Shown here in pieces: positions 30,290 through 41,668 of a stretch of 64,000 nucleotides of DNA; positions within the stretch are counted from its first letter, which is position 1, and every line of letters starts with the position of its first letter. Made by a program: the position numbers and the translations under genes. Under the pieces are notes generated by a model, which made no database searches, was not told the origin of the DNA, and worked only from the letters and a program-made list of their open reading frames with translations. This stretch comes from Leptolyngbyaceae cyanobacterium (GTDB taxonomy: Bacteria > Cyanobacteriota > Cyanobacteriia > Phormidesmidales > Phormidesmidaceae), in assembly GCA_965263355.1 (NCBI GenBank), contig CBDHHL010000032.1, positions 3,520,001-3,584,000 of the forward strand, in the 5' to 3' direction.

Positions 30290-31784
30290 TTGCATCGCTT
30301 TAATCAAAATGAAGTAAAGGTATATAACCGCGCTCAAGAAAAAGGTGACTATGCTCAAGCCCTTGCCTTTTACCAACAAGCTAAAAAACTCTATCAAGAG
30401 ATTCAGGATCCTCTGGGGGAAGCCCGCAGCTTGAACAATATTGCTTCGGTTATTCAAGAAAAAGGTGACTATACTCAAGCCTTGATGCTTTATGAGCAGG
30501 CCAAAGACCGATTTATCAAAGCCTCTCAACCCAAAAGTACCGCTGCTGCTCTGGGCAATATCGGGCTAATTTATATGAGCTTGGGGGATTATGATAGTGC
30601 CTTGAGGGCCTATGCCCAAAGCTTGACGCTTCTAGAATAGATTGTCAGTCAGTCGGGTGTGAATGCTATCTCCGCTGATTTAGGTATTCTGCTGATTAAT
30701 ATGGGAGTCGCATATCACAAGCTGGAAGACTTTACACCAGCCCTAGACTACTATCAGCAAGCGCTTTCTGTTGCAACAGCTGCAGAAAATCGTTTGAGAG
30801 AGGCGAATCTGTTAAATAATATTGGTTTCCTGTATAAGGATATGGATAAGCCGGAGCAGGCATTGTAATCCTTAGAGAAAGCCTTACAGATACATCAACA
30901 GGTTGGTAATCGATTTGGAGAAGCGGCAACATTAGGTAGCCTGGGCTCGCTCTACAGAGAGCAACAAGACTATCAGCAAGCATTAAACATCTACAATCAG
31001 AGTTTAGCTCTATACCAAAAGACTCAAAACCTCACAGAAGAAGCAATTACCCTGAGTAATATCGGCAAAACCTTAGACTTGCAACAACGTCCAGAGCTGG
31101 CCATTGTGTTTTTTAAGCAAGCAGTCAACCAACACGAACTGATTCGCCAGAAGAACATACCCCTATCTGATCAGCTGCAGAAATCCTATGTGGCCACTGT
31201 AGAAGATACTTATCGTCAACTAGCAGATTTGCTGCTGTCCCAGGGACGTTTATTAGAAGCTCAGCAGGTATTAGAGTTACTAAAGCTGGAAGAACTGCGA
31301 GGCTTTACCCAAAATACCCGTGCTACTTGGACTGGGAAAGAGCTAATTCACACTGACGTAGAACAGAATGTGATCAATAGCTATGGTAGCCTGTTGGCAT
31401 TTGCAGCAGTTCTTTATGAATGCGAGAAAGAGTTTTGTGCTGACCTAGAGAATTTATACCAGCAGCGGGAAAAACTGGAGCGTCAATATGATCAGCAGGT
31501 AGCAACCCTAGAGGACTCCCTTAGGCGAGCCCGCACAAGTGACCTACTGTTCTATGACCCAGATTCACTGGCAGATAGAGCTGCTGATATCGTGGAAACT
31601 CAACCAGGGTCGTTATTACTGTATCCCCTGGTTTTGGAAGACAAGCTTTGGCTATTGTGGACAACAGCGGGCGGGGTTGCGGGTAGTAGTGGCTATGCTT
31701 AATGGTAGTTCTAATGGCATCGACCAAGGCTTTGCTCACCCCTACTATTGGGCACCCTTTATTCTGATGGGTAACGGGTTATAG
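30290..31784 (+). pseudogene. Decayed TPR-CHAT protein gene
   Basis: Three ORF-track pieces share one frame, split by TAG (30638-40) and TAA (30866-68). The frame then jumps near 31688 to the terminal HPYYWAPFILMGNGL motif, with the CHAT core missing. Confidence 0.88.
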
Positions 31785-31806
31785 TGAGCGTAATTGTCGT
31801 AAATCG

Positions 31807-32220
31807 TTGATGTCGATGGATTATGTTCTTAACCTGATGTTGTTGGCAAGCTTAAGTTGGCAGAGGCCGCTCAAGGTCGCACCCAGCACTTTGCTATCGG
31901 AAATGACTGATATCATCGATAGGAAAAATTTACCAGAGAATTTGCCAGCGCGTCTGGCTCCAACGGAGATTCGTCTTCGAATGCTTCAGTTGCCTGACTG
32001 GACTACCGATGGGAAAACGTTATTTTACAATCGAGCATTTGATAATTTTGTTGAAGCGATCTCATTTGTCAACAGCCTGGTCGTCCCTGCTGAACAATTG
32101 GGTCATCATCCTGACATTACAATCAATTACAATCGAGTGTTTCTCTCAGTAACCACTCATGATGCAGGAGGCCTTACCAAACTTGACTTTCAATTAGCCA
32201 CTACAATTTCTCAACTTTGA
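31807..32220 (+). CDS. Pterin-4a-carbinolamine dehydratase family protein
   Basis: AE..GHHPDI and TTHDAGGLT.LD motifs. Start uncertain. Confidence 0.88.
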   Translation: MMSMDYVLNLMLLASLSWQRPLKVAPSTLLSEMTDIIDRKNLPENLPARLAPTEIRLRMLQLPDWTTDGKTLFYNRAFDNFVEAISFVNSLVVPAEQLGHHPDITINYNRVFLSVTTHDAGGLTKLDFQLATTISQL

Positions 32221-32575
32221 ATTTTGAGCCTTGTAGTCTAGAACTCAATGCAGTGACCACCAAGTTCAGATAACCTGATGGTCTGTCAAGACTTATGTTC
32301 TGGGATGGAAGAGTTTCTCAGCAAAATGGTTGTCATCGTTAAAACACCACTCACCACTCACTGTCCTCACCTCAATTTTTAGCGTTGACACTGCACTAGC
32401 ATCTGAAGGCCGTAATATTACTGACTACTGGAATGTGGATGAATCGATAAATGGCTTTATCTACATCTACATCCTCCAAAACTCCATCCTGATTACATCA
32501 ACCGATGGAGTATAGGTGGGAATATTAATGTAATAATTACCAGCACATACTTGCCTAGGAATAGGGCAAATCATA

Positions 32576-34441
32576 ATGGCAAAATTTCCTAAGTCCAGTT
32601 CTGAGTCGTCACAACGTCTTATTAATTTGCCCTCAATCTCTGGGCTTGGGCGATGGTTTAACAATCTACAATTGCAATATAAAATCGGATTGAGTTTTGG
32701 TCTGTCCATTAGTATTGCAATTATCGGAGTGACCACGGGTTGGGTTGTTGCAGAGTCTTATCTCGATGCAGCGCGAGCTGATATTGAAGATAGCGAAGCC
32801 GAATATAGAATACTCCATGAGCTAAAGGTCAACTTGCTAAGAATGCATTTGCACCAAAAAGGAGCCATTCTGACTTTAAATGACTTGCCACAGTGGACGG
32901 AAGTATATGCAACCTTTATAGAAGATAGGGAGGCTTTTACTACAGTTTGGCATCACTACAAAGATAATCAAGGGATAGTTAAGGGCAACACTATCTATGA
33001 CCAAAGAGAGCGTGAACTGATAGCAGCCTTAACCATGAGCTACTCAGTATTTGCTAGGGACTTAGATAATCTCATAATTACCTTGAGTCAGGCAGAACTA
33101 CACCAGTTGTCTGATGCTGAGCGTCGTGACTTACAGATAGAGCTTACCCGATTTAATAACCAGGCATTACGCCAAGATGCTTATCGGTTTCTTGGTCTGG
33201 TACAAGAACTTAGAGATAACGCTGATATACAGCTTAAGCACGCCAAGGCAGAATTCGATAAAGCAGCCATATTTCGATTGCAGGTAATTATGGTAAGTTC
33301 GCTGACGTCATTGATTCTTGCAGTTGTTTTACTGTTTCTCCTGAGTCGAGCAATCTCTTTCTCTGTTAAGAATGCTGCCGCAACTGCTGAAAAAGTTATA
33401 GAAACGTCAAACTTTGACCTGCAAGTACCTGTGACCAGCTCAGATGAAGTTGGTAAGCTATCTGCTGTCTTAAATCGTTTGATTGCCCAGGTCAAACAAC
33501 TGTTGCAACAAGAACAGGAAAAGACAGAGTCTCTGAAAAAGGCTCTTTGTGAAATTCAATCAACGCAGTCGGTTTTACTGCAAAGTGAGAAAATGTCTGC
33601 CCTAGGCCAGATGGTTGCTGGCGTTGCCCATGAAATTAATAATCCGGTTGGCTTTATCCATGGCAACCTTGAGCATATTGAGAATTACTTGCAGGATTTG
33701 ATCCATGCACTACAGCTTTATCAACAATATAGTCCGGAATTACCTGAAAGCATTCTAGAAGAGTTACAAGAGTTAGAGTTAGATTTCTTGATTCAAGATT
33801 CTGGCGATATTTTGAAATCCATGAAACTGGGTACGCGAAGGATTTGCGAAATTGTTCTATCACTACGAAATTTTTCGCGTCTAGACGAAGCGGAAATTAA
33901 GCTTGTGGATATCCATGAAGGTATTAATAGCACCCTGGTGATTCTGGCCCATCGTCTCAAGGCAAACAGTCAACATCCAGAGATTGAGGTGCTCAAAAAC
34001 TACGCTACGTTACCTAGAATTGAGTGTTACGCTGGCCAAATGAATCAGGTGTTTATGAATATTCTGAGTAATGCCATTGATGCTTTTGAGGAAATTAACC
34101 GAAACCTTACCTACAAAGAGATTCAAACAAATCCAAATCAGATTTATATCGATACAGATATAGTAGAAAACGAGCAAGTCAGAATCTGTATAAAAGATAA
34201 TGGCCCTGGAATTTCAGAGCACATTATCGATCAATTGTTTAATCCATTCTTCACAACAAAAGCTGTGGGCAAAGGCACTGGCTTAGGGCTATCCATCAGT
34301 TATAAAATTGTCACCGAAAAACACCAAGGCACACTTCAGTGCCAATCCCAACTTGGTCAAGGAACCAAATTTATAATTCAAATTCCAATTTGTCAGTTCA
34401 AATCACATATCTCTGCATCTAAAGCACATATTCTGATGTAG
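32576..34441 (+). CDS. Membrane sensor histidine kinase with HAMP domain
   Basis: Two TM helices, HAMP (DEVG.L), H-box VAHEINNP, NQVFMN, DNGPG, FFTTK and GTGLGL motifs. Confidence 0.94.
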   Translation: MAKFPKSSSESSQRLINLPSISGLGRWFNNLQLQYKIGLSFGLSISIAIIGVTTGWVVAESYLDAARADIEDSEAEYRILHELKVNLLRMHLHQKGAILTLNDLPQWTEVYATFIEDREAFTTVWHHYKDNQGIVKGNTIYDQRERELIAALTMSYSVFARDLDNLIITLSQAELHQLSDAERRDLQIELTRFNNQALRQDAYRFLGLVQELRDNADIQLKHAKAEFDKAAIFRLQVIMVSSLTSLILAVVLLFLLSRAISFSVKNAAATAEKVIETSNFDLQVPVTSSDEVGKLSAVLNRLIAQVKQLLQQEQEKTESLKKALCEIQSTQSVLLQSEKMSALGQMVAGVAHEINNPVGFIHGNLEHIENYLQDLIHALQLYQQYSPELPESILEELQELELDFLIQDSGDILKSMKLGTRRICEIVLSLRNFSRLDEAEIKLVDIHEGINSTLVILAHRLKANSQHPEIEVLKNYATLPRIECYAGQMNQVFMNILSNAIDAFEEINRNLTYKEIQTNPNQIYIDTDIVENEQVRICIKDNGPGISEHIIDQLFNPFFTTKAVGKGTGLGLSISYKIVTEKHQGTLQCQSQLGQGTKFIIQIPICQFKSHISASKAHILM

Positions 34442-34453
34442 TAAGGTTCAACA

Positions 34454-35975
34454 TTACTTCTGTTTATGGCTATATTTTTCCTCAACAGACTGGCGTACTT
34501 CTATTTGTAATCGTTCCAGGGCAGAGTCACGCTTGGCATTATCTACAATGGTTCTCATCAGAGTTTTAATCCCCTGAGGCCCCCAAGAACATCCCTGTTT
34601 CAAATACACACGGGCAGCCTGACCCACTGCATAGGTGCCATAGCCAGCGGCGGCAGCTTGGGCTCCCATGGCTCCTGCATAGGCAGTGAGTCCTGAGGCT
34701 CCATCCACCAAGCTCCAAAGGGCTGCCCCGCTTTTACCAATGCCTAAGAGTAGGGTGCTGCCCAGTTCACTTAATAGCAGCGTGCCCGAACTGCGAATAA
34801 TAGCTTGCCAGAGTTTACTGGCTTCAAATGGGAAAGCCATAAAGCTTCGCTAGGTTGCGGATCATAATCAAGTCAGAGGTAACACCGCCCAGGATGTCTA
34901 ACACTGCAACGGGATTGAGTGCGATCGCAGCCGCCTTATACTTAGCAAATTGCAAAATAATCTCATCTGCTGCGGCCTGGTTTAGCTCTGCAGTGGCTTT
35001 GGCCAGGTTAGTATCGACCTGATTCGCTTGATGTAGCGTATTGAGAGCTACCAGCGTGGGACCTTCTGCTCGAATCAGATCAATTAAAGTTGTTTTAAGT
35101 GGTTCAATCTTGGGTGGCGGTGTTTCCCACTCTTCCGTGACGCGACCATCGGGCCATTCTATCCGTACCTGTAACGGAGCCGGTTCTGCTGCTACCAGAA
35201 TAACGTCATCCACAATCGGCACATCCGATTGTTTACTGTTTGTAGTATTGTTGGTTGTTGTACTGTCAGTTGTTTCGGTCTTTTCAGTCTCTTGGCTAGA
35301 GGCTACCAGCTGAGATTTTAGCCGCTGCAGATTGTCATACACTGCCTGACGGTCTGTATCTGGATAGAGATCTGTTTTGTTAAAGACCAACAGCAGTGGT
35401 TTCCGAGTTTCGTGCAGGGTTTGTAGTGCTGTATATTCAGTACGAGTAATGTCGCCTGCGACTACAAACAAGATTAAATCAGCCTGCTGGGCAACTTCTT
35501 GAGCCACTTGTCCCCGTTCTGCCCCCTCAATTTCATCTAACCCAGGGGTATCAATCAATTCAATTTTTAAGGTGGGGTCTCCTTCGGGGACAGGGGGCGT
35601 CCAATAAATAGAACGAGGCCATTGGGTAACGCCATTCAGAGGGCCTGTTTCAAGTATCTTTTCACCTACCAGGGCGTTGAGCACCGCTGATTTGCCTCGA
35701 CTTACCAGGCCAAAGACAGTGACTCGTAACAGCGTACTATCCAGTTTATTTAGCAGGGCGTTCAGCTGATCAATGCCAGCTTTGACGGCAGCCTGACGCT
35801 TCAATTCTTCGGTACTGGAGCGGGTTAGCTCTAGCTGTGGAATGTAGCGATCAATCGTTTGTCGTAAACTGTCACGGGCCTGGTCAACCAGGGCATGGGC
35901 TGTCCTGACAGTATCCTCTTGATTGTCTGTGTTGACGTTGATAGATGTTTCCTGAATCAAGGCAGGCTGAGTCAT
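34454..35975 (-). pseudogene. Era-like GTPase-DUF697 gene split by a frameshift
   Basis: GLVSRGKS, DTPG and NKTD motifs. DUF697 breaks at LYGFPI* (34824) and continues in another frame as FEASKLW...CSWG..G. Confidence 0.8.
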
Positions 35976-36022
35976 GGTAGGAAGTTGTTAAGGGCCGAAT
36001 GTCCAGGCCGAGAGTTTTGTTT

Positions 36023-36057
36023 TGGTTCATCGCATGCTTGCTGCATGCGATGAACCA
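36023..36057. terminator. Intergenic hairpin (terminator or mRNA stabiliser)
   Basis: 15-bp arms: TGGTTCATCGCATGC-ttgct-GCATGCGATGAACCA. Confidence 0.55.
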
Positions 36058-36079
36058 TTGCCCATCTTGTTAACGATTT

Positions 36080-37459
36080 CTAGCTGGCGACAGCGCTGAA
36101 GTTACCATTAGGTAGGTGGGGCAGTGCCTGGGTAACAAAATCTTTCAGTGCTAAGCCCTGACGAGCTTGCTGGAATAATGTTTGCAGACGACTACCCAGC
36201 CCTTCAAAGTTCAGCTCAGTGGTTTCTAATAAACTTTGTTCTTCGAAGTAGTCAACTAAAGTGAGACCAGCTATGCGGGTCAGGTAGGCTGCACTAAGAC
36301 CCTGCAGTGCTCCCCCAGCGATGTACGTAGTTACATGGCTTTTGAGGATAGGCCCCAGCGCTTGGGAGGCAAGTTCGACTAGTCCTAACTTGACGGTCAG
36401 TTCAGCGATGGTACCTGCAGCTGCTTTTGCCTGGTCCATGGAGAAGGTTTGACCATAGATAGCGCCGAGGTCTAGTACTAGCTGACCGTTAATAGCAGCA
36501 GTTGCCAGCAGATCGACGGTGGCAATTGGGTTAGCAAATGCGGTACCGGCAGCAATCCACTGCATCTGTTCGATGACGGGCATAGCCTTTTGGCGACGAT
36601 ATTCGTTGAGCTGCTGGGTAATGCGACGTTGTAGCGTTTTAGTCTGACGCAGGGTGGTGGCCATGACTAAGCTTGCCGGTTCAGCCGCAAAGGTTTCGAG
36701 CTGTTGAGTTAGGGCTGCTAGGTCAGCGGGAGGCTGCTCTAAAAACTCGGTGACTTCACCTGATTCAGAATGACGACGAACTTTGATCGAATTGGGGTTA
36801 GCTGAGATCGCAACCACGTCTACATTGCGCATGGCCAACCTTTTCTTAAGCTGGTCCACTACAACCGCCTTATTCATGGGGGTGTACTGGTCTTGTTTAT
36901 TCAGCACTACCAGTACCTGATAGCCATCAGAGATCAGCGTTTCTACCCGGTTAAGTTCGGACGCAGTCATATCGCCTGCAATCATCAACAGCAGCAGGTC
37001 AGCGTCGTCACACTGTTCTGTAAAGGTTAATGATGCTGACTCAGATGCCTGCAGACTGTTGAGTAGCGTGGTCTTGCCCGTTGCTTTATTCCCAGTAATA
37101 CCAATTGTTAGATTTGTCCGCTCAAGGCTATCGAGGAGCACCTCATGCTCGGTGCGGAAAACTTCTGCCTGGGCAGCGGCCTGGCTATCTTCCGTGAGTA
37201 GCAAGTCAATCAGTTGATCAGCTCGATCCAGGGCCTTGTCAATAGCATCACGCTGTACACTAATCTGCTGAGGAATAGTCGGCATGCCCAGCGTCTGAGT
37301 TTTTTGACGGAACCACCAAACACCTGCTGCACCTAGTGCGATCGCACCTAACATTAACGACCCATCCATGGGCATGTGATGTACCACGTCCAGTAGCCAC
37401 AGACTGGCGCTGAGACCTAAACCACCGATTAGAATAGGACGCTTGATTGCGATATCCAT
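36080..37459 (-). CDS. YcjF/DUF697 family protein with degenerate GTPase domain
   Basis: KRPILIGGLGLS, GNKATGKT, NKQD, NP...VDLLA and QGLSAAYLTRIAG motifs. Confidence 0.8.
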   Translation of the reverse strand: MDIAIKRPILIGGLGLSASLWLLDVVHHMPMDGSLMLGAIALGAAGVWWFRQKTQTLGMPTIPQQISVQRDAIDKALDRADQLIDLLLTEDSQAAAQAEVFRTEHEVLLDSLERTNLTIGITGNKATGKTTLLNSLQASESASLTFTEQCDDADLLLLMIAGDMTASELNRVETLISDGYQVLVVLNKQDQYTPMNKAVVVDQLKKRLAMRNVDVVAISANPNSIKVRRHSESGEVTEFLEQPPADLAALTQQLETFAAEPASLVMATTLRQTKTLQRRITQQLNEYRRQKAMPVIEQMQWIAAGTAFANPIATVDLLATAAINGQLVLDLGAIYGQTFSMDQAKAAAGTIAELTVKLGLVELASQALGPILKSHVTTYIAGGALQGLSAAYLTRIAGLTLVDYFEEQSLLETTELNFEGLGSRLQTLFQQARQGLALKDFVTQALPHLPNGNFSAVAS

Positions 37460-37570
37460 AAGTCCCTATACCCGAGTTGCTTCTACTACATTTTATAAAG
37501 TGAGTGTGGTTGCACTAGGTGGAAAACCCCACAGATTTAACATAAGCCTTAAAGATCAGCCAACTGGCGG

Positions 37571-37586
37571 TGTAGTTTCTACTACA
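37571..37586. promoter_or_regulatory. NtcA-consensus site in a divergent intergenic region
   Basis: TGTA-gtttctac-TACA matches GTA-N8-TAC. Confidence 0.4.
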
Positions 37587-37677
37587 GCCTGATACAGCTG
37601 TAGAGTGTTCACTACGGGCAACGAAGGGAAGCTGAGGTGCTATAACTCAGGTACAGGTGTTTGATAGGGTTGCTCCT

Positions 37678-38520
37678 ATGGTGGATGAGTCTGTTCTTCA
37701 ACAAGAGTCGTTACTGGGTCGGTTAATACTAGATTACGACACCACTGAAGAACTCGGGCTAGTGGACGGTCTGCTCGTGGATTTGAACCAGGGCAATGTG
37801 GTGGCATTGGTCTGTAAGGCACCAGTGTGGCAGCGACAGCGTTCCATTTATAGCTGGGGACAAATTCTCAATATTGGTGGCGATAGTATCGTTCTCCATG
37901 GTCACAGCACTGAGATGTCTCAATCTGCAGCAGCTCAGCCTATGGTGGGACTGGAGGTATGGACCGATACGGGTAACTGTGTGGGCCAAATCGTAGATTA
38001 TCGATTTGAGCGTAGCGGTACGGTTGTGCAATACTTATTTGCTAAACCAGGGCAGGTAGGTCTTTATGGGTTGGCCCCTAATGCAATTATCAGTGCTGGG
38101 CGCAAGCGCATGATGGTGTCGGCATCATCTGTTGAACAGTCTGAGTACTTTGCCGACGCAGAGGTGCCCATGGCACAACCAGATTGGCAAGCCACTGCCC
38201 AAACGACGGCCCAATCGTTAGCAGACCAGATGCAACAGCGAGCCCAGGAATGGTCGGACTATGCTCAGGAGCATTGGCTATCTGAGGATTTCAATGAACA
38301 GTTGCGCTCCACAGGTCAGCAATTACAGGACAAGACCCAGGGGTTGCGATCTCAGTTCAACCAACAGGTGTCTAACGCACGCAAACGAATCAAACCTCTG
38401 AATAGGGCATTGGAGAACACCCTGGAAAATGCCCTGGATACGTTGAATGAGCAGAATGAGCAGACAGAGTCTTCCGATATCGATCTAGACGCGTTTGAGG
38501 TCTGGGAAGACGATGATTAA
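37678..38520 (+). CDS. PRC-barrel domain protein
   Basis: Two PRC-like repeats (IG.DSI, GLEVWTD.G..VG.I.DY.F) and a helical tail. An alternative GTG start lies at 37657. Confidence 0.75.
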   Translation: MVDESVLQQESLLGRLILDYDTTEELGLVDGLLVDLNQGNVVALVCKAPVWQRQRSIYSWGQILNIGGDSIVLHGHSTEMSQSAAAQPMVGLEVWTDTGNCVGQIVDYRFERSGTVVQYLFAKPGQVGLYGLAPNAIISAGRKRMMVSASSVEQSEYFADAEVPMAQPDWQATAQTTAQSLADQMQQRAQEWSDYAQEHWLSEDFNEQLRSTGQQLQDKTQGLRSQFNQQVSNARKRIKPLNRALENTLENALDTLNEQNEQTESSDIDLDAFEVWEDDD

Positions 38521-38539
38521 TAGTTAACCTGACATAAGA

Positions 38540-39976
38540 CTAGGATGCGATCGCATGCTTATCAAATTTTACTGTCTGCCGTTGGTTAATCGTCATGGCT
38601 AAGTCGATATCACTACATGCCCCTGACCGATCGCCTTGATCAAATCGAATCAGGCTGCGATTGATGTAGGCATCAGAAAATTGCGGTTGTAGTTCCAGTG
38701 CTCGGTTTACATCCGTTAGTGCCCCTGCCGTATCATTGAGACGAAATCGCAACACACTCCGTTCATTGAGTGTACGGGCAGCATCAGGTTGTAAAGCGAT
38801 GGCTTGATCAAAGTCTGCCATTGCTTTTTCATATCTGTAGAGGTCTACATAAATTCGGCCACGATGTACATAGGCATTGGCCAACGATGGATTTAAGTCA
38901 ATTGCCCGGTTGACATCCTGGAGGGCTGCCGCCAGATCCCCCAGACGTTGTCGAATGCCTGCCCGATTACTCAGGGCTTCTGCAAATTTAGGGTTGAGTC
39001 TGATAGCCTCACTAAAATCAGCAGCGGCCATTGCATAGTGATGAAGATAGAGTCGGACTAAGCCCCGATTGTTATATGTATAAGCATGGTTTGGATTAAG
39101 CCGTAGCGCTTCTGTGTAGTCGTTGATGGCCCCGTCACTATCGCCTAGGGTGGCACGATTATTCCCGCGATTGTTTAGCAGCGCGAATTGACTTGAATCA
39201 GAACAATTTTGAAGGGTATGATGTAATTGCTCTAATGTTTGAGGATAGGCTTCAGATAGAGCAGGGTCGAGGTGCAAGGCTCTACAATAATCTTCCATTG
39301 CTCCGGCATAATCGCCCAATTCTGTTCTTAATGTGGCTCGATTGTTATAGGCGTCTGCCAGGTCGCCATCCAGGGTAATGGCATGATTAAAATCTGCCAG
39401 GGCGTGCTCATAATCAACTTGATAAAAGTAGGCTAAGCCACGATGGTTATAAGCTTTAGGACATTTAGGGGTAAGGGCTAGGGCCCGGTTGAGATCATCA
39501 ATTGCCCATTGAAAATTACCACATCGTAACCAAGCGACGCCCCGCCATAGATATCCTCGTGGGAAATGGGGGTGTAATTTCAGGGCATAATCAAAGTCCC
39601 GTACGGCCCCTGTGTAGTTTTCCAGGTCTAGGCGCAGTAGACCACGGTTACAATATCCTCGTGTAGAGAGAGGGGTAAGTTGAATTCCTCTCTCAAAGTC
39701 TTCTAAAGCTGCATCCATATGCCCTAATTTGCGTTGGGCATTCCCCCGATTTAGATAGGCAGATGCATAATTAGGCGTGAGATGAATTGCCCAACTCAAG
39801 TCTTCAATGGCCACCGCATACTCACCAATGGCATAATAGGCACACCCTCGGTTGTAATAGGCTTTAGCATAGTTAGGTAGAGCCTCAATGACAGTATTGA
39901 AAATTGAGATTGCTCCCGCACAGTCTTGTCGCCGTGCCAGCTCTACCCCCTGATTCAATAGGTCCTTCGCAGTCAT
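38540..39976 (-). CDS. Tetratricopeptide repeat protein
   Basis: Tandem 34-aa AY.NRG...A..D...A..L.P repeats. Confidence 0.92.
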   Translation of the reverse strand: MTAKDLLNQGVELARRQDCAGAISIFNTVIEALPNYAKAYYNRGCAYYAIGEYAVAIEDLSWAIHLTPNYASAYLNRGNAQRKLGHMDAALEDFERGIQLTPLSTRGYCNRGLLRLDLENYTGAVRDFDYALKLHPHFPRGYLWRGVAWLRCGNFQWAIDDLNRALALTPKCPKAYNHRGLAYFYQVDYEHALADFNHAITLDGDLADAYNNRATLRTELGDYAGAMEDYCRALHLDPALSEAYPQTLEQLHHTLQNCSDSSQFALLNNRGNNRATLGDSDGAINDYTEALRLNPNHAYTYNNRGLVRLYLHHYAMAAADFSEAIRLNPKFAEALSNRAGIRQRLGDLAAALQDVNRAIDLNPSLANAYVHRGRIYVDLYRYEKAMADFDQAIALQPDAARTLNERSVLRFRLNDTAGALTDVNRALELQPQFSDAYINRSLIRFDQGDRSGACSDIDLAMTINQRQTVKFDKHAIAS

Positions 39977-40427
39977 TTACCCTCACCATAAACTTACCAG
40001 ACTTTCATGAAAGCATGATGGGTATGAATTAAGTCTGGCATCACCTAAGGGCGATATTTTAGAATTCTAAACCTAGCTAGCGAGTCAGGTAATTTGTCTA
40101 TGCTCCCACCTGTATACCAAAGAGAAAACCTACAATTGAGTGCTGCTACCAGAGTAAATCTAGGCTTGCTAAATTGAAGTTGTTCTTTAAAGAATTTCTT
40201 TACAGGTAATAACCATATAGCGCTGATACCTGCTGGATATCCAAATGTCCCCGTAGTTATCTTATGTAATTATCTTAATTTGGACATAGCAAAAAAAGCT
40301 ACGCGAAAATACAAACAGTAATGTACCTGTAAAGAGGTATATCTATGGCACTACCTAACCTGATAAGTACTACAGTGTTTTCGTTGTCAAATCATTGTTT
40401 GAGTCACGGCTGTACTCTGAATGAGAG

Positions 40428-40461
40428 AAATAGCCTTAGCATAAAACTGCTAAGGCTATTT
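40428..40461 (-). terminator. Probable terminator of the EPS cluster
   Basis: 14-bp arms AAATAGCCTTAGCA/TGCTAAGGCTATTT about 33 bp after the GT4 stop. Confidence 0.65.
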
Positions 40462-40494
40462 GAAAGTTTTTATGTAGAGACTGATGATTAACGA

Positions 40495-41556
40495 TTACGA
40501 AACTGCTGCACTAGCCAAAATCTGGTTATTTTGCCCTGTAACATCATCTAATATCCGTTCTAACTCCTTTGCTGCAGCATCTTCTGTAAAATGCTTCTGA
40601 GCATAGGCTTTAGCATTACGTCCTAAACGGGTACGTAATGCCTCGTCGTTCCAGAGTAAAGTAATCGCTTCCTTCAAGCTTTCTACACAACCGGGCTTGA
40701 CTAGCCAACCCGTTTCACCATGTATGATGTAGTCGCTCATGCGATAACAATCACTTACGATGATTGGTCGTCCCATGTGCATGGCCTCGATAATGGTGAC
40801 ATGGCCTGCTGCCGTAACATCATCTTTAGGCTGTAGTGCGATAACGTTGAGACGCCCTTCTTGTGCAATCTTGTGGCAGTCGCCTCGTGATATTCCAAAA
40901 GGTGTTTGTACATTATCTGGAATGGCAATACCTTCCAATGCAGATTTTCCAGAGGCTACGATGGTTGGAATGTTAAGCTCTTGGACAGCTTGAAAGAAGC
41001 ACGGAAAATCACGATGGGCCGACCCTAATGAGGCAATGAATGGAGCTTCAGTTTCTTCAGCATAGTCTCCTTCAATGCCAGCACAGGGAAATGGAACAAA
41101 TTCAAATCGTTCTTTAGGCAAGTCCAACCACTTGCTATAAATATCAATTTCCTGACGACTATGGACAATAAATCGATCAATCTGTCTCAAACTGACTTGA
41201 GATAACCAGCGACGAAGAGGTCCGACTTTGTAATTGCCGATATTAAAAGTCCAAGCAACAACCGGCTTTTCAGAACCCCTTAAAATCTTTTGCAAGCCAA
41301 TTACTGTTGGCAATTGAGGAAATAGTGTAATAACACCACTAGCATTACTGTTGAGGGCTGATGCTGCATGTTTCCAATGAATTAACCATTGGGACAATGT
41401 GGTGAATTTGACTTTTCTATCATGCCAATTTGTAATCGGTGTTGAGCGCATAATCAACTCAAAGTCATACTTATCACCTGATATAAAACGACTTAACCAA
41501 ATATGATTGTCGATATGCTCTTGTCTAAAATATGCAGCAATAATGGCCCATTTCAT
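40495..41556 (-). CDS. Glycosyltransferase family 4
   Basis: EAMHMGRPII and GETGWLV motifs. Confidence 0.88.
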   Translation of the reverse strand: MKWAIIAAYFRQEHIDNHIWLSRFISGDKYDFELIMRSTPITNWHDRKVKFTTLSQWLIHWKHAASALNSNASGVITLFPQLPTVIGLQKILRGSEKPVVAWTFNIGNYKVGPLRRWLSQVSLRQIDRFIVHSRQEIDIYSKWLDLPKERFEFVPFPCAGIEGDYAEETEAPFIASLGSAHRDFPCFFQAVQELNIPTIVASGKSALEGIAIPDNVQTPFGISRGDCHKIAQEGRLNVIALQPKDDVTAAGHVTIIEAMHMGRPIIVSDCYRMSDYIIHGETGWLVKPGCVESLKEAITLLWNDEALRTRLGRNAKAYAQKHFTEDAAAKELERILDDVTGQNNQILASAAVS

Positions 41557-41668
41557 TGCTAACTTGCCTCGGAGATTACTCTTTATAACTAATGCGTAAC
41601 TATCTGAGTTAAACAGGATTAAAGAACTTAAAGTATCAATGTTCTTATTGATAGGAACGCAGATGACT

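Noticed and set aside
30638..30868. Stop-codon read-through or recoding in the TPR gene
   Set aside because: Two different stop codons plus a large deletion fit simple decay better.
32330..32736. Small ORFs 32330-32515 and 32467-32736
   Set aside because: They have no recognisable motifs or RBS, and one overlaps the kinase antisense.
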